Shown here piece by piece: positions 11,957 to 25,199 of a stretch of 64,000 bases of DNA. A model generated the notes under the pieces. The model was not told where the DNA came from. It worked only from the letters and a program-made list of their open reading frames with translations, and searched no databases. The translations under genes were made by a program, and so were the position numbers. Within the stretch, counting starts at the first letter, position 1, and each line of letters opens with the position of its first letter. The stretch comes from Toensbergia leucococca (taxonomy: Eukaryota): assembly GCA_022813965.1 (NCBI GenBank), contig JALDZS010000034.1:62001-126000 (forward strand). Direction: 5' to 3'.

Positions 11957-12349
11957 CGGTGACGGACGTGTTCCGATGTATCCCACCCATGCAGTCTTCG
12001 TGCTGGAGTCGATGATACATCCTCCCCAACGCGCTCTTAAGATCTACAACCACTTTTCCAGCTCAGGAGCTCAATCACCCCACCATCAACAAGGGAAACT
12101 CCATATCCTCTCTCCCACCCTCCACCCTCCTCCCTCTACCCCTCCGCCCCAAAAGTCAAATCACCATCATAGCATCTCTCTCAGAGTCAAAAATTACGCT
12201 CTAGCAGAACGGAGGCGGCAAAGAAGAAGCCATTACTTAGAACAAGCCTGCCTTTCTAATCCCGTCCCAAAACACCAAAGAATTCAAAGAATCTGAATAA
12301 ATCAAAGATGTCAAAGTTCAATTTTTGTTTTGTAGGTTGAATATTAATT

Positions 12350-12565
12350 AATCACACAATCAACTCACACAATCACACACTCACTCACTCACTCACTCAC
12401 TTACTTACTCACTCACTGCTCTCAAATCATTATCTCACTCAATCTCAATCCTTTTCATCACCCATCACACATCACACATGCACACAACAAAAATCAGTCC
12501 TCTCCCCTCCCTTCCCCCCTTCCCCTTTCCCCTCCCCTCTTCCCTCTTCCCTCTCCCCTCAACTC
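12350..12565. repeat. (CACT)n/(CA)-rich microsatellite followed by a polypyrimidine (CCCT/CCCTT) tract
   Basis: cactcactcactcactcacttacttactcactcact at ~12377-12417 and a purine-free tract at ~12498-12560. Confidence 0.8.
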
Positions 12566-12643
12566 AACCAACCCCTCAACCAAAAAAACCCGCCCTGGCC
12601 CCCTCATGGAAAAAAAAAGAAAAACACCCGCGAGGGTAAGATA

Positions 12644-13432
12644 CCGTAGTAATTGACATATAAGATACTACCGATTTATAAGATAATACTGAGGTATAAG
12701 ATATGGTTCTAAACCAACTTTTTGAGACCACAGGGCTTTTGGTCTATAAGATAATATCTACCTACATGTAAGGGGGGGTCTCAGGTACGTACTATCTGAC
12801 TCACTTGCTGACTCCTTCTCATCCTCCTCATCATCACTATCAAACACCTGAACATCCTCAGCCTTCACCTCCTTCACATCTTTCTCAATTGACACAAGAT
12901 TGAATGTCTTCTTCAGTCATCTTGTTCAGTCCCTCACCTCTATATCTGATGTATCCTTGATACACAGCTCATGATTCTGACTTTCATTCACAGCTAGAGA
13001 TAGCCCTACTTGTTTAAAGGCTTTGATGATGAGGTCTGACTGATTTTTATGAAACTCTCATCATGCCTTACTCATTGTGTCAACATCACACGTCATTCAC
13101 TCACAGCATACTTTTCAGAAGCATACTTCTCATGATATCTGTCATAATGCTCATCTGTCAGCTTCTCTATTTATTCCTCAAGAGGTTTGTTGATGATCAC
13201 ATCTAAGACTTGAATAAATTCAGTACAGCCTTCAGAAACAAAAGAGGTGATGATGTTCATTGATCTATAGATCTATTTGATTCATGGAGTCTTGTGAAGA
13301 CCTTACTCTAAGAACGGTACATAAGATGCTATTGATATATAAGATGCTATTGACCTATAAGATATGATTTCAATTGACCTATAGATGATGAACGGGCTAA
13401 AAGACTAGTATCTTATATGTCAATTACTACGG
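12644..13432 (-). mobile_element. Non-autonomous pogo/Tc1-mariner (DDE_1) DNA transposon, internally deleted
   Basis: Perfect 27-bp TIRs (CCGTAGTAATTGACATATAAGATACTA), TA on both sides, multiple subterminal ATAAGAT motifs. The minus strand carries a degenerate transposase C-terminus (FVSEGCTEFIQVLDVIINKPL). Confidence 0.93.
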
Positions 13433-14004
13433 TATCATATCATTAAATCCCTCACCTTACTCAGAGAGAGCCTTCATTCTACTACGTTTACCAGAAATCA
13501 AAAAAGGAGCCGCTTAGTTCAGTTAAGCTCTGTCAAAGTCAAGCTCAGTCAAGCTCAGTCAATGTCAAGTCAAAAACTCAGCAAAATCCTTTACTTTTAA
13601 TCAAATTAGAAAAAAAATCAAAAATCCCCTATTGAGCGCAGCGTAGAATAAATGTAGTCAAAGAAGCAAGGGCCCCCTAAGCCAACCAAGCATCCTATCT
13701 ACCCCCATTCAAAGGGAAAAAGCTAAAAGGGAGATAAGAAAAAAAAAGTCATCACATTCATAATCACCCCCCCCACCTCCATCCGCCAACATCTCTTTCA
13801 CTCAACCTCCATTCCTCGCCACCCATTCATCCATCCATCCTCCTCTGCTCCCTCCATCAAACTGATTAAAAAGGGGGTATGTAATCTTGAAACCGTTGAG
13901 TAAGATGCGAGAAATCTAAAACCGCAAAGAAAGTGAAAAACCCCCCAGCCAAATCACAATCCGCTCCCAATTTACGAAATGAAATCCCAATCTCAAGTCC
14001 AGCC

Positions 14005-17000
14005 CTAAAAAGTCTTCATATCCTCGGCAGACGAGTTGACCGTAGCAGGCGAATCTCGATATCGATTCCGCTTGCTAGCGCCTCCTTTGTCCGGGCTATA
14101 ATTGCCAGAGGAGGTGATGGGTCTGGGTCCAGTGGGTTTACGCTGGGGAACTTGGCCAGATGTGGAGCGGGAAGAACCGTTGGGCTGTGGGGGGGTGATG
14201 TTAGTTGGAGTCGTCTGCTTTGAGAAACGAATGGGGTGGACGGGGAGTCAACGTACCTGTTCGTATCCAGCAGAACCGCTACTATACCTCTTCTCATCGC
14301 CCAAGCGTTCCGAGCTTAGCCGTGACACGTAGGTGGGCTTGTTCTCCTGTGCGGTAATTTTGGGTGGCCGGGAAGGAATCAAGGGCCCGTCATCTTTTAT
14401 CTTTGGTGGGCGAGCGGGTCCAGAACTTCGCTGCGCTGTCGAGGTTTCCGAGTATGCCGCATCGGAGATTGGGGATAAGTTGCCTGCTGCGCCACTGCTC
14501 CGATTGGCGGGGTTTGGAGCAAACCGAGCGAGACTGGGATTTGAACCCCATTGGTCCGAAGTGGGGGAGATGGGAGAGCCGAAGTTTTGGGCTTCGGATT
14601 CCAAGTGGGTTTGGTAGCGGTGGGTTGGGCCAGGACGGGGTTGAGGGTGTTGAAGGTTGAGCGAATTTCGGTGAGCTTGGTATTTTGGACCCTCGGATAC
14701 TTGGGATGGGATTAGTGGCGACAGAGGGCGAGGTTCCTGATGATTGACTGCTTCGGCCGCGACGGAATCGTTTGAACGCAGTCTGTCGTCTCCTTGAGGG
14801 TCATAAGTATCGTGGGCGTTGTAATTCAAATCTGATCCTGAGCGTGACGCTTCTGAGAAAGGCCGTTCTCGCCGACCGCTGTTTCTGAAATTATCCCCTG
14901 CCGAAGACGCAGTTGTCTTTGACCATCTGGAGAATTTGGGGAGGAAGGAAGAGCTACTCGACTTGTGCTTGCGACTTTTGTCTGTACCGGTCTTTGGCGT
15001 ATGTTCGTTGCTTTGGGCCCCTGTGGGTATATGAACCTGCGGCGGAGTGTCCAAGGGTACCGATCCTCCTCGTGGAAACTCTCGAGTAGGCGTAAGAAGC
15101 TGCTCATTTTGCTCGAATTGATGATTCAGTACGTTCTGCTCATGTGTGTCAAGATCTTCGTCCCCTTCGAGGACTGTGCTCACACGATTTTGGGAGCCAC
15201 GGCGACCTTCATAGCTGTGCATTCCACTGAGCTGGCGCGAGGGAGGATTGGAGAAATATCCAGACTGATTTCCTGTTGACCCAGTACCTGCCTGTCCTTC
15301 GGGTTCATAGCCGTCTGTTCCAACTGCGCGCATGTTGTCATATGAATCCTGACTTTCAGGGCGTGCATGAACAGTGCCATTCCGAATATCCTGCGATGCC
15401 TTTAGTCCTTCCACTTCTCCGAGAAGTTGAACAAGCATATCCTCAATCTTCCCAAGATCGTTTGAGCTCCGCATACTGAGACCCTTCAGAGCGCGCTTGA
15501 AAACGTTTCGCCTCTTGGCTGGCAAGTCATCCGTGAAATCATCGTCAGCTGATGAACCACGAGGAGCACGGGGAGTACCAAGAGGTTGAGGACGAGGTCC
15601 CCCGATGATTTTCTGTGTTGTACGTTCATGTTGTTTATTTCCAGTATCAACAAGCATATCGTCCTGTTGGGCAATGAATTTCTTCATATCCTCAAAAGAG
15701 TTTCGCATTTCCGCTGCACTTCTGACTAATGTCACGAGTATTTCGGTATCACGAGCGTTACGTTGAGCATCGCGAACAGTGAGCTATGATATGTCAATCC
15801 TACTTCATACACATTTTCCAAAAGCAGCACTTACGTGATCCATGAGCGCCACGATATCCTTTGACTGAATTCTATCCATCCCTCTTCCTGTAGCGCTGTC
15901 GTAGAGAGGTGAAGGCATTCCGTGAGAATTGCCGCTCAAATGCCTTGCGTGGGTCTTACCTACGAATGGATCATCATTGTCCATGAGACCATCCATATGA
16001 TTCATATCATCGTCGTTGTGCCGACCATGATCTCGAAACCTAGACTCTTCGCTAGCCGCACCTGGAGAGCGTGGATTAGGGCCAGAAATATATCCTTCAT
16101 CCTTAGCCATCGGCGGCGTAGGAACCGTTTGCCCACTCATATAGGAGTCACGCATAGGTCCAAAGTCGTGGTTGATTCCTTGCTCGTACTTGTCGTCTGC
16201 CAGAGCTATCTTGCTTTCATCCATAGATAGATTGCGTGACTGGTCATGGCTATCATAGTGGCCGTGATCTCGGCCTGCGAGAGCAGCCCCTGCTCCAGCG
16301 CCAGCTGCTGCACTCAGCATACCAGCTGCTGCCGCCTTGAGACTCTCGTGAGCACTGTGATCGTTTGATCGTGACAAAAGATCGCCTCTGGATTGTGGAG
16401 GAGTTGGTTCATATGGCCAGTGGTCACGGTTATCATGATGTATACCTCCAATTGGCCCTTGAATGATAGAAGGATTAGTGTTCAGATCAGACTCGGAATC
16501 TAGGCCATGTCCTATCTCAGGTATAGGATCATTCGCAATCGGTAGCCCACTGGCTCCCATATGGATGTGATCCTCATGTTCATCCAGAGACCGGGCAATG
16601 CTTTGCCGAGGAGAGTTCCCTGTCGATAGCTGCTCATACGGTTTTCCAGCCGATAACATACCATTGTAGCCTTTTTCATGATACTGGTCAGGATGGCTTT
16701 CGTGCTCGTCAAAATCGACGTCTCTATTAGAGCCTGGGTAGCCGGCAAAAGGGTCTTGGACATCGTCTAATGAATCTGAGATAGATTGATCTCCCAACTT
16801 CGATCGAGCAGACTGGTTGGAGCGCGCTTCAAGAACTGATGTGTCGAGTAGTGAAGCGACAGCAGATTCCACGGCAACAGGAGTATGTACATACTCCGGA
16901 TTGGCTCCCATGCCACGAACTTGTTGTGCAGCGGTAACTTTGTCAAGGTTCGGTACATCTAAGCTATCGTCTGTGTAATTAGTCAAATGCCTAAAATCAA

Positions 17001-19455
17001 CTGTTGGACCTTTAGAGCTATTGTCGCCAAATGACTCGCGATATCGCTCATTTTCTTGGTGTTGTTGATCATACCACTCTTCCATGGCAGGGTCCTCTTG
17101 GTAAAAATCCTCTCGCGCGGTCTCGGAGTTTCTGAGCTCATGTTGATCTAGTACGTCTCGGCCTGGCTCAAGATGAATACCTTTGGGCCTGTTCGAGCGA
17201 GCGATTTGGATGCTGGCAGCGGATGATAGGGAGTCAATTGACATTCCTGAGTGTTTAGGTGAATGGTGACCTAGTGAAGAAAGCGAATCAGAGCTACGAG
17301 TCTTTAAGTAGGATTCTCGATTCGGAATTTCGCTGTCCTCTCGATAGCTTGCAACACTCTGGATGGGACTCAATCCACGACTATCAACGCCGTGGCTATA
17401 AGCACGCTCGTCATTCTCATCATGTCGATTGCGTAGATGATTTGCAGTAAGGAAAGTAGCTCCAGCTGCTCCGCCAGCAAGACCAGCCTCTGCAAACTTC
17501 AGCCTTTCATCTTCGCCACCTACAATTCGATCACTGTCTGCAGTGCTCACACCGAGATTGCCCTGCGAGAGGTTGCTGTGATGAGTTCCGAATCCCTTAT
17601 GGATATCTAGGGGTGTTCTCGTCGGCGTCCTCGATGCAGGCGATAAGACCTCCCGTGGCGACCCTCGAGATACTTCTCTAATCTCTGCCCGACGACGTTC
17701 ATTAACTGGTGACGGGGGTTCCTCGGTCCTTTCCGATAGAATTGAGTCTCGTGTCAACTCCGATCCATTGATCTCGCTTCGCATTGGCATAGGAGGAACG
17801 TCGTGTTTATGAAAGATTTCTTCCGTGCTTTCCGCAAAACTCCCACTGCGACTATGACTCTTACTCCTCTTCCTTCTCCGTTCTCGTCTATCGACGCTAG
17901 ATTTCGAATCATGGTGTTTCAAAGCAGCAGTAGTAAGGATAGCTCCCGCGATTCCTCCAGCAGCGGCATCCCTCAGGCGATGCCCACTTTTGTCTCTTCT
18001 TCGTGACACGTCATCTTCATCGCGAATGACAGTTTCTTCGGACAGGCCTCGACTAAAACTGCGCTCCGAGGGCGAATCGAAAACTTTTTCCCTACCATTC
18101 TTTCTCCCTTTAATCGAGTTTCCAGACAGTATGGTACCTGCGTGATGATCATCTCGATTAAGCACAACCTTGGGTCTCGCTGACACGTCTGGCGCGCTCG
18201 CATGCTTAGACATCCTGCGAGTGATCTCGCCACGCGAGCTACTGCCACCAGACTGAATCGAATCTCCCCTCTCAAGTTCAAATTTATTGCGATTGTGCTG
18301 CGTCTTCTGCTCTTGCTTCAAAGCTGCCAATTCTGGCATGATCAAACGACGGATTGCATCTTCGACGGTCTCAAGCAGTTTTGGGTTATTGATTGATGAT
18401 TTAGAAGTACCGGATCGAAACGAGTACTGATCACCAGACCTTCTTCTAGGAGATAATTGCGAATTCGTGAGAAGGCTAGATTCCGCGCCGCTTGGTAATT
18501 CTTCCTCATGGTGATGGCGGCTAGATTTTCGCCTCGGAGACTTGGTCGTCTCAACAAGCTGCTCCTTGCTGAGACTTCCACTACGACTTTTACTCCTGTA
18601 TTCATGCTTCCCACGGCTGCTGACTTCTCGCGGCTTGCTCCGAATTTTCTCAATGGCCTTTTGTGTGATCCTTTCTCGACTGAGACTTCTACTTCTCCGT
18701 CGAGATGGAGTCTTCAGAGTATTGGTGGTAGCAACAACTTCGTCCCTACTCAAGCTTCGACTTCGATTCCGGCGCGGGGTCAAATTTTCAGCGTTAACCT
18801 CCACCATACTGTCTGGTGGCATGGAAGAAATCTCCGACTCGTGGAATTGGGTATATCGTTGATCTGCTGGTCCACTCGCCCCAGAAAGATCACTGCCCTG
18901 GCCCTTAGGTAAAACTTCAATCTCGACAGGCGGCCGTCTACCTGCCAGACTTGATTCTTCTGCAGCAGATGTGTATGAACTTATGCTCCTATCATCTGCA
19001 CTTTCCGTGATTTGTCTGTCTCCAGTAGCGGTCGGGCCAAGTGAAATGCGTCGTGTATAGGACGGTTTCCGATGACCTCCTGCTTCGGTAATCTGGATAT
19101 GATCGTTTGCGTTCTTGATCTTGCGTGCAGCTGATGGTGTTACCTTTACCCGAACACTCGGCCTGGAATGTACGTTTGGTCCCTTACCACCTTCAAAATA
19201 TTCAATCAAAAGAGAGGTCTGCGATTGATGATGTGCTCGAGTCAGTATATTTTCTTGGTCCCGGTCGCGATCCCTCCGTTTCTTTGTGGATATGGTGACT
19301 GGACTCCCGTCTTCGGGGATAGAATAAGAGGTTCGATCGGTACGGCGGGACAGGTCTGTAGCGAGATCCGTACCAGTGACGCTGCCTCCTGATGTTTGTA
19401 GGGTCGACGACTCGGTGGGCGCGGGGAGTGGAGGTTTACGGGTGTCAAGGCCCAT
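14005..19455 (-). CDS. Very large, mostly disordered conserved fungal protein with coiled-coil blocks, probably septal-pore-associated Spa10-like; introns ~15834-15784 and ~14256-14185
   Basis: 1216-aa and 495-aa ORFs join as IVALMDH|LTVRDAQRNARDTEILVTLVRSAAEMRNSFEDMKKFI, with a last exon ending EDMKTF*. The Spa10 label rests on disorder, size and my recollection of its position beside has1 in Aspergillus, so it needs a search. Confidence 0.7.
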
Positions 19456-20757
19456 TGTGATGACAAAGATGACTTCACTGTCTCATAGAAGCAGACATGG
19501 AGGAATGAGCCAAAGAGCTCCTCTTGTAAGCTTATCGCTCAGCTTTAACTAGACTTTTGGGGATGTCGTGCAGGCTGATTGGAGGTGTGATGGCACAGAA
19601 GCGGGTGGGCGCAGAAGGAGGCGCGGTCGTCATCGATCAATTCGGGGGCCAAGAACAGAAAACGAAAGATATGTGAAGGTGAGAAGGGGGTCGTGGCTAT
19701 GATAATATCGAGCACAATAGGATGATGATGGAGATTAGAAGGTGAAGTTTGAGTGAGGTTGGTTCGAAATGGTGATTACGATGGCGTAAGAGATTGTTGT
19801 GAATTTGTCGAGCTCTCTCGGTGACCGTACCGTACACGGCGCGAGGTAGAAGCCAAGTAGGTGTTTTAGATGCAAATGCCCTCTTCCCTCTTTCCCTCTT
19901 TCGTTTCTTGTTTCACTCGGTCCGTCACAACATTGAATGGTAGCTTTCGCAATGGCCAAGAAAAAAAAGGGGATAGCTTCCCTCCAGAAACAGGCTCGTG
20001 GTAGCTCGAGGTTGCGGCCCGCGTTTCTGGCTCTCCTGTCACAACGAGCCGAATAACAAACGCTTCTTCTTTTAGCTTCCTCGGTGCATTGCTAGGTACT
20101 CTCTACCTTATTGACGGAATAAGCGCCTCTACAATCATGGCTCTCTGCAGCGTCGACTTCTTGCTGCTTTACTCGTCAGCTGAAGATGTTGATTGCAGCC
20201 TGACAGACGATCCTGCAAGAATCATAATGACTTGTTGCACTTTGCCAAGCATTTATACTTTGCAACCCTGGTCCCGACTCCCGAGCTGGCTGACTACTCG
20301 TTACCAAGATGGCCAGTCTCAGTTGACCGGACGACTTCATCCGACTTAGGTAACGTGATTGGACTTGACAATGGGAGTTCTTACTCGTACATCGGCGGTA
20401 CGTTCTTACGAGACATCACCTTACGCTTGACAGCTCATCGTCCCTTGCAAAATGGTCCTTTGCAAATCTATTCGTCGAAGCTCTTCAAGCTAGTTCTTGT
20501 GTGTAGCCTCCAATGAAAATGCAGCAACAGAGACCTCCTCAATTTACTATCAAGCTGCCTTGTAGGGCCACGGAATGATTGTCGTATTGACCTGTTGTTT
20601 GCTATTTACGAGAGTGCTCCTTGTATTCGACCTATCATCCTAGTTGCATGAATCCTTTTGCAAAGTCATAAAATCACAGACCACCAACACCATGCTAAAG
20701 GATTATGGCTGAGCCGTATGGACTTCATATTACAATACGTTGCCGCTGATTCTCCTC

Positions 20758-22722
20758 TCAGTCGACCCTTTTGCGCTGGAACCTAGGCCCTTGCTTTGGC
20801 TGGCTGCCGTAAGCTCGCCTGCCCTCCTTCTTCTTGTCCCGACTCATACTAGCGCCTAACGTAAGATCGACTCGCGGCGGAGTCTGAAAGCCAAAACTTT
20901 TCGCCACTTTCACGAGATCAAGCTTGTGAACATCGAAGATGGATCGTAAACTATGTGATGCGTATGCTTGTAGATACGAGCGGTAACCGTCTTTAGCGGA
21001 CTAGAATTAGGGTTCATTAGCTGAGACTGTACGATTACGGTCGACTGCTTACTTTGTTCAAATAGTAGTTTTGCCCTATGAGCTTCTCCAGCTGGGATTG
21101 TACATTTACAATCCGTTTGGCTGGGAACTCAAATTCAACAACAGGTACTCGAGCTTCTTTGAGATGCTTCAAGAAGCCCACTTCTGATGGCTGTAAGAAC
21201 ATCAGACTTCGACCTTTGCCATTTGAGCCTCGCGCCGTTCGTCCGACCCGATGAATGTAGTCGCGAGGGTCGTCTGGGGGATCAAATTGTACAATCCAGT
21301 CGACAGCTGGTATCTGTTTAGATGTCAGCTCCATGTATAAAATTACCAAACGAAAGTAGTCTCACGTCCAGCCCACGAGCTGCCACATCGGTCGCGATCA
21401 TAACTCCAGTCGTTGCGTTGCAAAACTCAAAGAAAGTGTTTGTCCGCTTCTGCTGCTTCTGCTTGCCATGCAGGTCAAGGACTGGAAGATCGATGTAATT
21501 GAGCAATTCTGAGTAATATTGCACGCTTTTGCAGCTGGACAAGAAAACGATGATCTTTTTCTTGATGTTACGTTTCAAGAAGGAAAAGAGGAGAAGAAAA
21601 CGCTTGTCAGAGTCGCAGACCACGTAGCCTTGTTCTAAGCCCTCGACGGTACTATGCTCCTTCTTGTGGTCCACATTGATGTATAAAGGACCTGGTCGTA
21701 GCGAGATCCTAGCTAAATCCTCCACCTTCGTCGTCTGTGTTGCAGAGAACAACATTGTCTGCCGCTCATCTTTAGGCAAGATCTTGATAATTTGTCGCAT
21801 CTCGTCCTCGAATCCAACTTCCAAGATCCTATCAGCTTCATCAATGATGAGTGCTTTTATGTTCTTGTAGATAAATCCTTGAGTATTTTGTAGATGATCT
21901 AGTAATCGCCCTGGAGTGGCAATCATTAAATTGACTCCTTTTGCAAGCTTTTCAGCTTCTGCTCTTCTATTCGCTCCTCCAATAACGATGCCGAATGTTT
22001 GTGAGTGATGAGCCATGAGTTCACGAGCAACGCCAAAAATCTGCAGAGCCAATTCTCGAGTTGGTGAAACAACAATTACTCCAGTTCCTGCACTACGGTC
22101 AGTCTTATTGTCAAATGGAGACTGCTTTGCACAAACCATTTCTTGGCTTGAACCGTAATGCACTCAACATTTCAACAGCAGGTATGAGAAATGCCAACGT
22201 CTTCCCAGACCCTGTCTTAGCTGCTCCGAGTACGTCTCTTCCAGCCATCAAAGGCGGTATCCCTCTTTGCTGTATCTCGGTCATAGTATTAAATTTCATA
22301 TCCTCAATCGCCTGCATCGTTTTACTCGACAGATTGAGATCGGAGAACTGCTGCGGATCAGGGCCTGTGAGGGGCAATGAGAGAGCTGATGTTGCCGGCA
22401 TCTCTGGATTAGCAATGAGATCGATATCAGCTGCTATATCATTCTCGAGTTCCTCCTCTTCCTCTTCCTGTCTAGCGGAAGGGACGCCATCTTCCTGGCT
22501 CTCTTGCGACTCGTTTCCGGTGTCCCGTTTTTTTTCTTGCGATTGATTCTGATCAAGGGAGCTGGATCTCCGCTTAGGCTTCTTATGCCCATTTGTAGCA
22601 TCGTTGGCGCTGACAGCAGTGGAAGCATCTAAATTCGCCACGGCAGTGAGAACGGGAGTTTTCTCTGCTAGAGATGCATGCTTTCTCTTTCGCTTCCTAG
22701 ACTTCAGCTCAGCGTTTTCCAT
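20758..22722 (-). CDS. HAS1: DEAD-box RNA helicase Has1; three introns (~22136-22088, ~21366-21316, ~21052-21002)
   Basis: Motifs [39 protein letters not shown], with Has1-type FKPRNGTG and C-terminal [12 protein letters not shown]. Confidence 0.95.
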
Positions 22723-23573
22723 GGTAGGTTATTTTCGCGCTTCTCGAAGAGTCTTCTAAGCCCCAAATCGCGGCCATGGAATTTTATGCCTGGGTGTGCT
22801 AAGAGGCGAGCTAGTGAAGCTACCTAGAGCGGATATGGCTAGCGTATTTTAGCGAGTGATCCTCAGCTCAGGCTTTGGCTCAGGTCCCTCCACTGTTTTT
22901 TCAGGGGCAAATAGCAATAATAGAAAAGCCAAAAATATGTATGATTGGCGATTATACTCTCCTCCCATCTCTAGCAAAAACGGAAGAGGTGTAAAATGTG
23001 AAGTAGGCAGAGGACACAACAATTTCGCACGCTCTCTTTCTTCACTTCCTCAGTCGCTGATTTCCGCCCTTTCACAGGTTATCAGGTTCATGAGTCTTGT
23101 ATTTTTTCAAATTGATATTTGTTCTCTATGACTATTCATCATGTGCATATGGTCCCAGAAGACTCTGTACTCGTTCTCCTACTGAAGTGCCACTACAGCA
23201 AAGGTTCTGTTTTCTTACTTTGAGTACCACATAATCAATGAAGGTTCTCTTAACTAGTGAATAAAGACCTTTTTAACACAACAAACAAGCATTCTCTCTG
23301 TTCATTGGACAATCTCTCCGAAGACATGAAGGAATATAGAGTTTAAAAAAGCACAAGACATGTGAAATTGATTGTCCAAGATGAACATTAGAGTTCATGA
23401 AGACGACACTCGCCTTCCCCCAGGGGTATAAGTAAACGCTCTCGCACCTCCAGATTTCTAGAGATTCAAATCACCCACCCATTTCTTCACGCCTCGTTTC
23501 TTATCCAAACCCTCTCCGTACACTCTACAAAATTACCACCAAAAAAACAGCAACCCTGAACTCCGGGTCAGAC

Positions 23574-23927
23574 ATGTCGGGCTTGATCAACAACCTCTCC
23601 TCGGCCTGCATTCTTGGAGGTTCAAATAACCCCAAGATTGATTTGAAGCAAACGAAAACTCGAGACAATTTTACCCATGAACATGGGGCCTTCATCCATT
23701 TCCTGGCTGGACATGGCGTCGAGACGGAGAAAATCATCAAGCGAGTCCTCGCTACATTTCCGACTGTCTGTGAAGAGATAGATGGTTGTGGAGATGGGAG
23801 TTCAAGGGTGCGAACCATTTCTGGGAAAGCGCACATGTGGACCTCTATGCATACGCCTGTGAAGGCGAGTGCTGAGGACGTAAAAGTCTTTGCTTGGGGA
23901 CCTGGGTTGATTCAGGAATTCTGTTAG
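23574..23927 (+). CDS. Small orphan protein (117 aa)
   Basis: ATG ORF preceded by a TATA-like GTATAAGTA (~23426) and a C/T-rich leader typical of fungal 5' UTRs. No family recognised. Confidence 0.45.
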   Translation: MSGLINNLSSACILGGSNNPKIDLKQTKTRDNFTHEHGAFIHFLAGHGVETEKIIKRVLATFPTVCEEIDGCGDGSSRVRTISGKAHMWTSMHTPVKASAEDVKVFAWGPGLIQEFC

Positions 23928-24257
23928 GTTTGGGCCAACGTAAGAGTGAGAAGGACAATGGTTGAAGGCTGAGAGTTTTTGGCATGCTTGAATTTTTGTG
24001 ATAACTTGCAGAGACGAGTAGAAATTTTCTTATTTTCATGCATGGGTTGTTTCTAAACAACGATTTTCTGAAAAACCCTCCTCATCAGAGAGGAATAGTA
24101 TCTTTCTTAATGGCATACATGCGTGGAATTAATCAATGATTTTCTGAATTACCCTTTTTTAGTCTGACTCAAAGTTGTTAGGAAAGAGCGATGACGGACT
24201 TTGAAACACACTGCAGGCTGATTAGTATAACATCAATTATGAGACAGAAGCTGAGTA

Positions 24258-25168
24258 CCGTATAATCTGTCATATAAGATACTAATCTTATAGTCCGTTC
24301 ATCGTCTGAAGTTCAATTGGAACCAGATCTTATAGCGGAGTATATCTTATAAACAAACCATATCTTATACTCGGTCCTCGGGCAAGGTCTGAGCTGAGAA
24401 TCAATACATTCACTTGAGAAATTCACCATACTCGCTACCAACCTCCCTAACACATCCCCGCCTCATCTTTACACATCTCATCTGTACACATCTATCTAGT
24501 CAACACTGCCTTAAGGAATGAGGCAAAGAAGTATGATCAAGGAGTTGTAGTTATGTGAAATGAGAAGGCATACACAAATGAGGATATCACCGCTCGCTGG
24601 CTAAAACAATATTATCAGTATGCAATCATGAGACTTCTGAACAAAATAACACCCCGGTCAAGACTGCTATCTCTTGATGTCTTTGCTCCTCAAAAGACTC
24701 AGCGTATCAAGGATCTTTATAAGTCAATGAACGTCATCACCTCTTTCATTCCCGGAGGCTGTACCGGATTCATTCAGATCTTAGATGTGATGATCAACAA
24801 ACCTCTGAAGGAATGAATCGCTGAACTAGCTGATGAGCATTATGATAAATATCATAAGAAGTATGCTTCCAGAAAGTACAGTGTAGGCGAAAGACGTGTG
24901 ATGTTAATAGAATGGGTGGGTAAGGCTTGAAGGGAACTGCATAGAGATAAAGCAGACTTGATACGCAAAACCTTTAGACAAGTAGGACTTTCCCTAGCTG
25001 TGAATGAGAGCGAGGATAAGGAGTTATGGATCAAGGATATATCAGATATTCAGGTGGGGGACTGAACTAGAAGATCTGAAGAAACAATCAATCTTGACTC
25101 AGTGGATGAAAATAAGGAGGAGGGGGAGGAGGTTCAGGTATTTGACACTGATGATGAGGATGAGGATG

Positions 25169-25199
<31 letters not shown>

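Noticed and set aside
23120..23283. Possible short solo LTR (TGTT...AACA with AATAAA)
   Set aside because: No target-site duplication and no second copy in the window.
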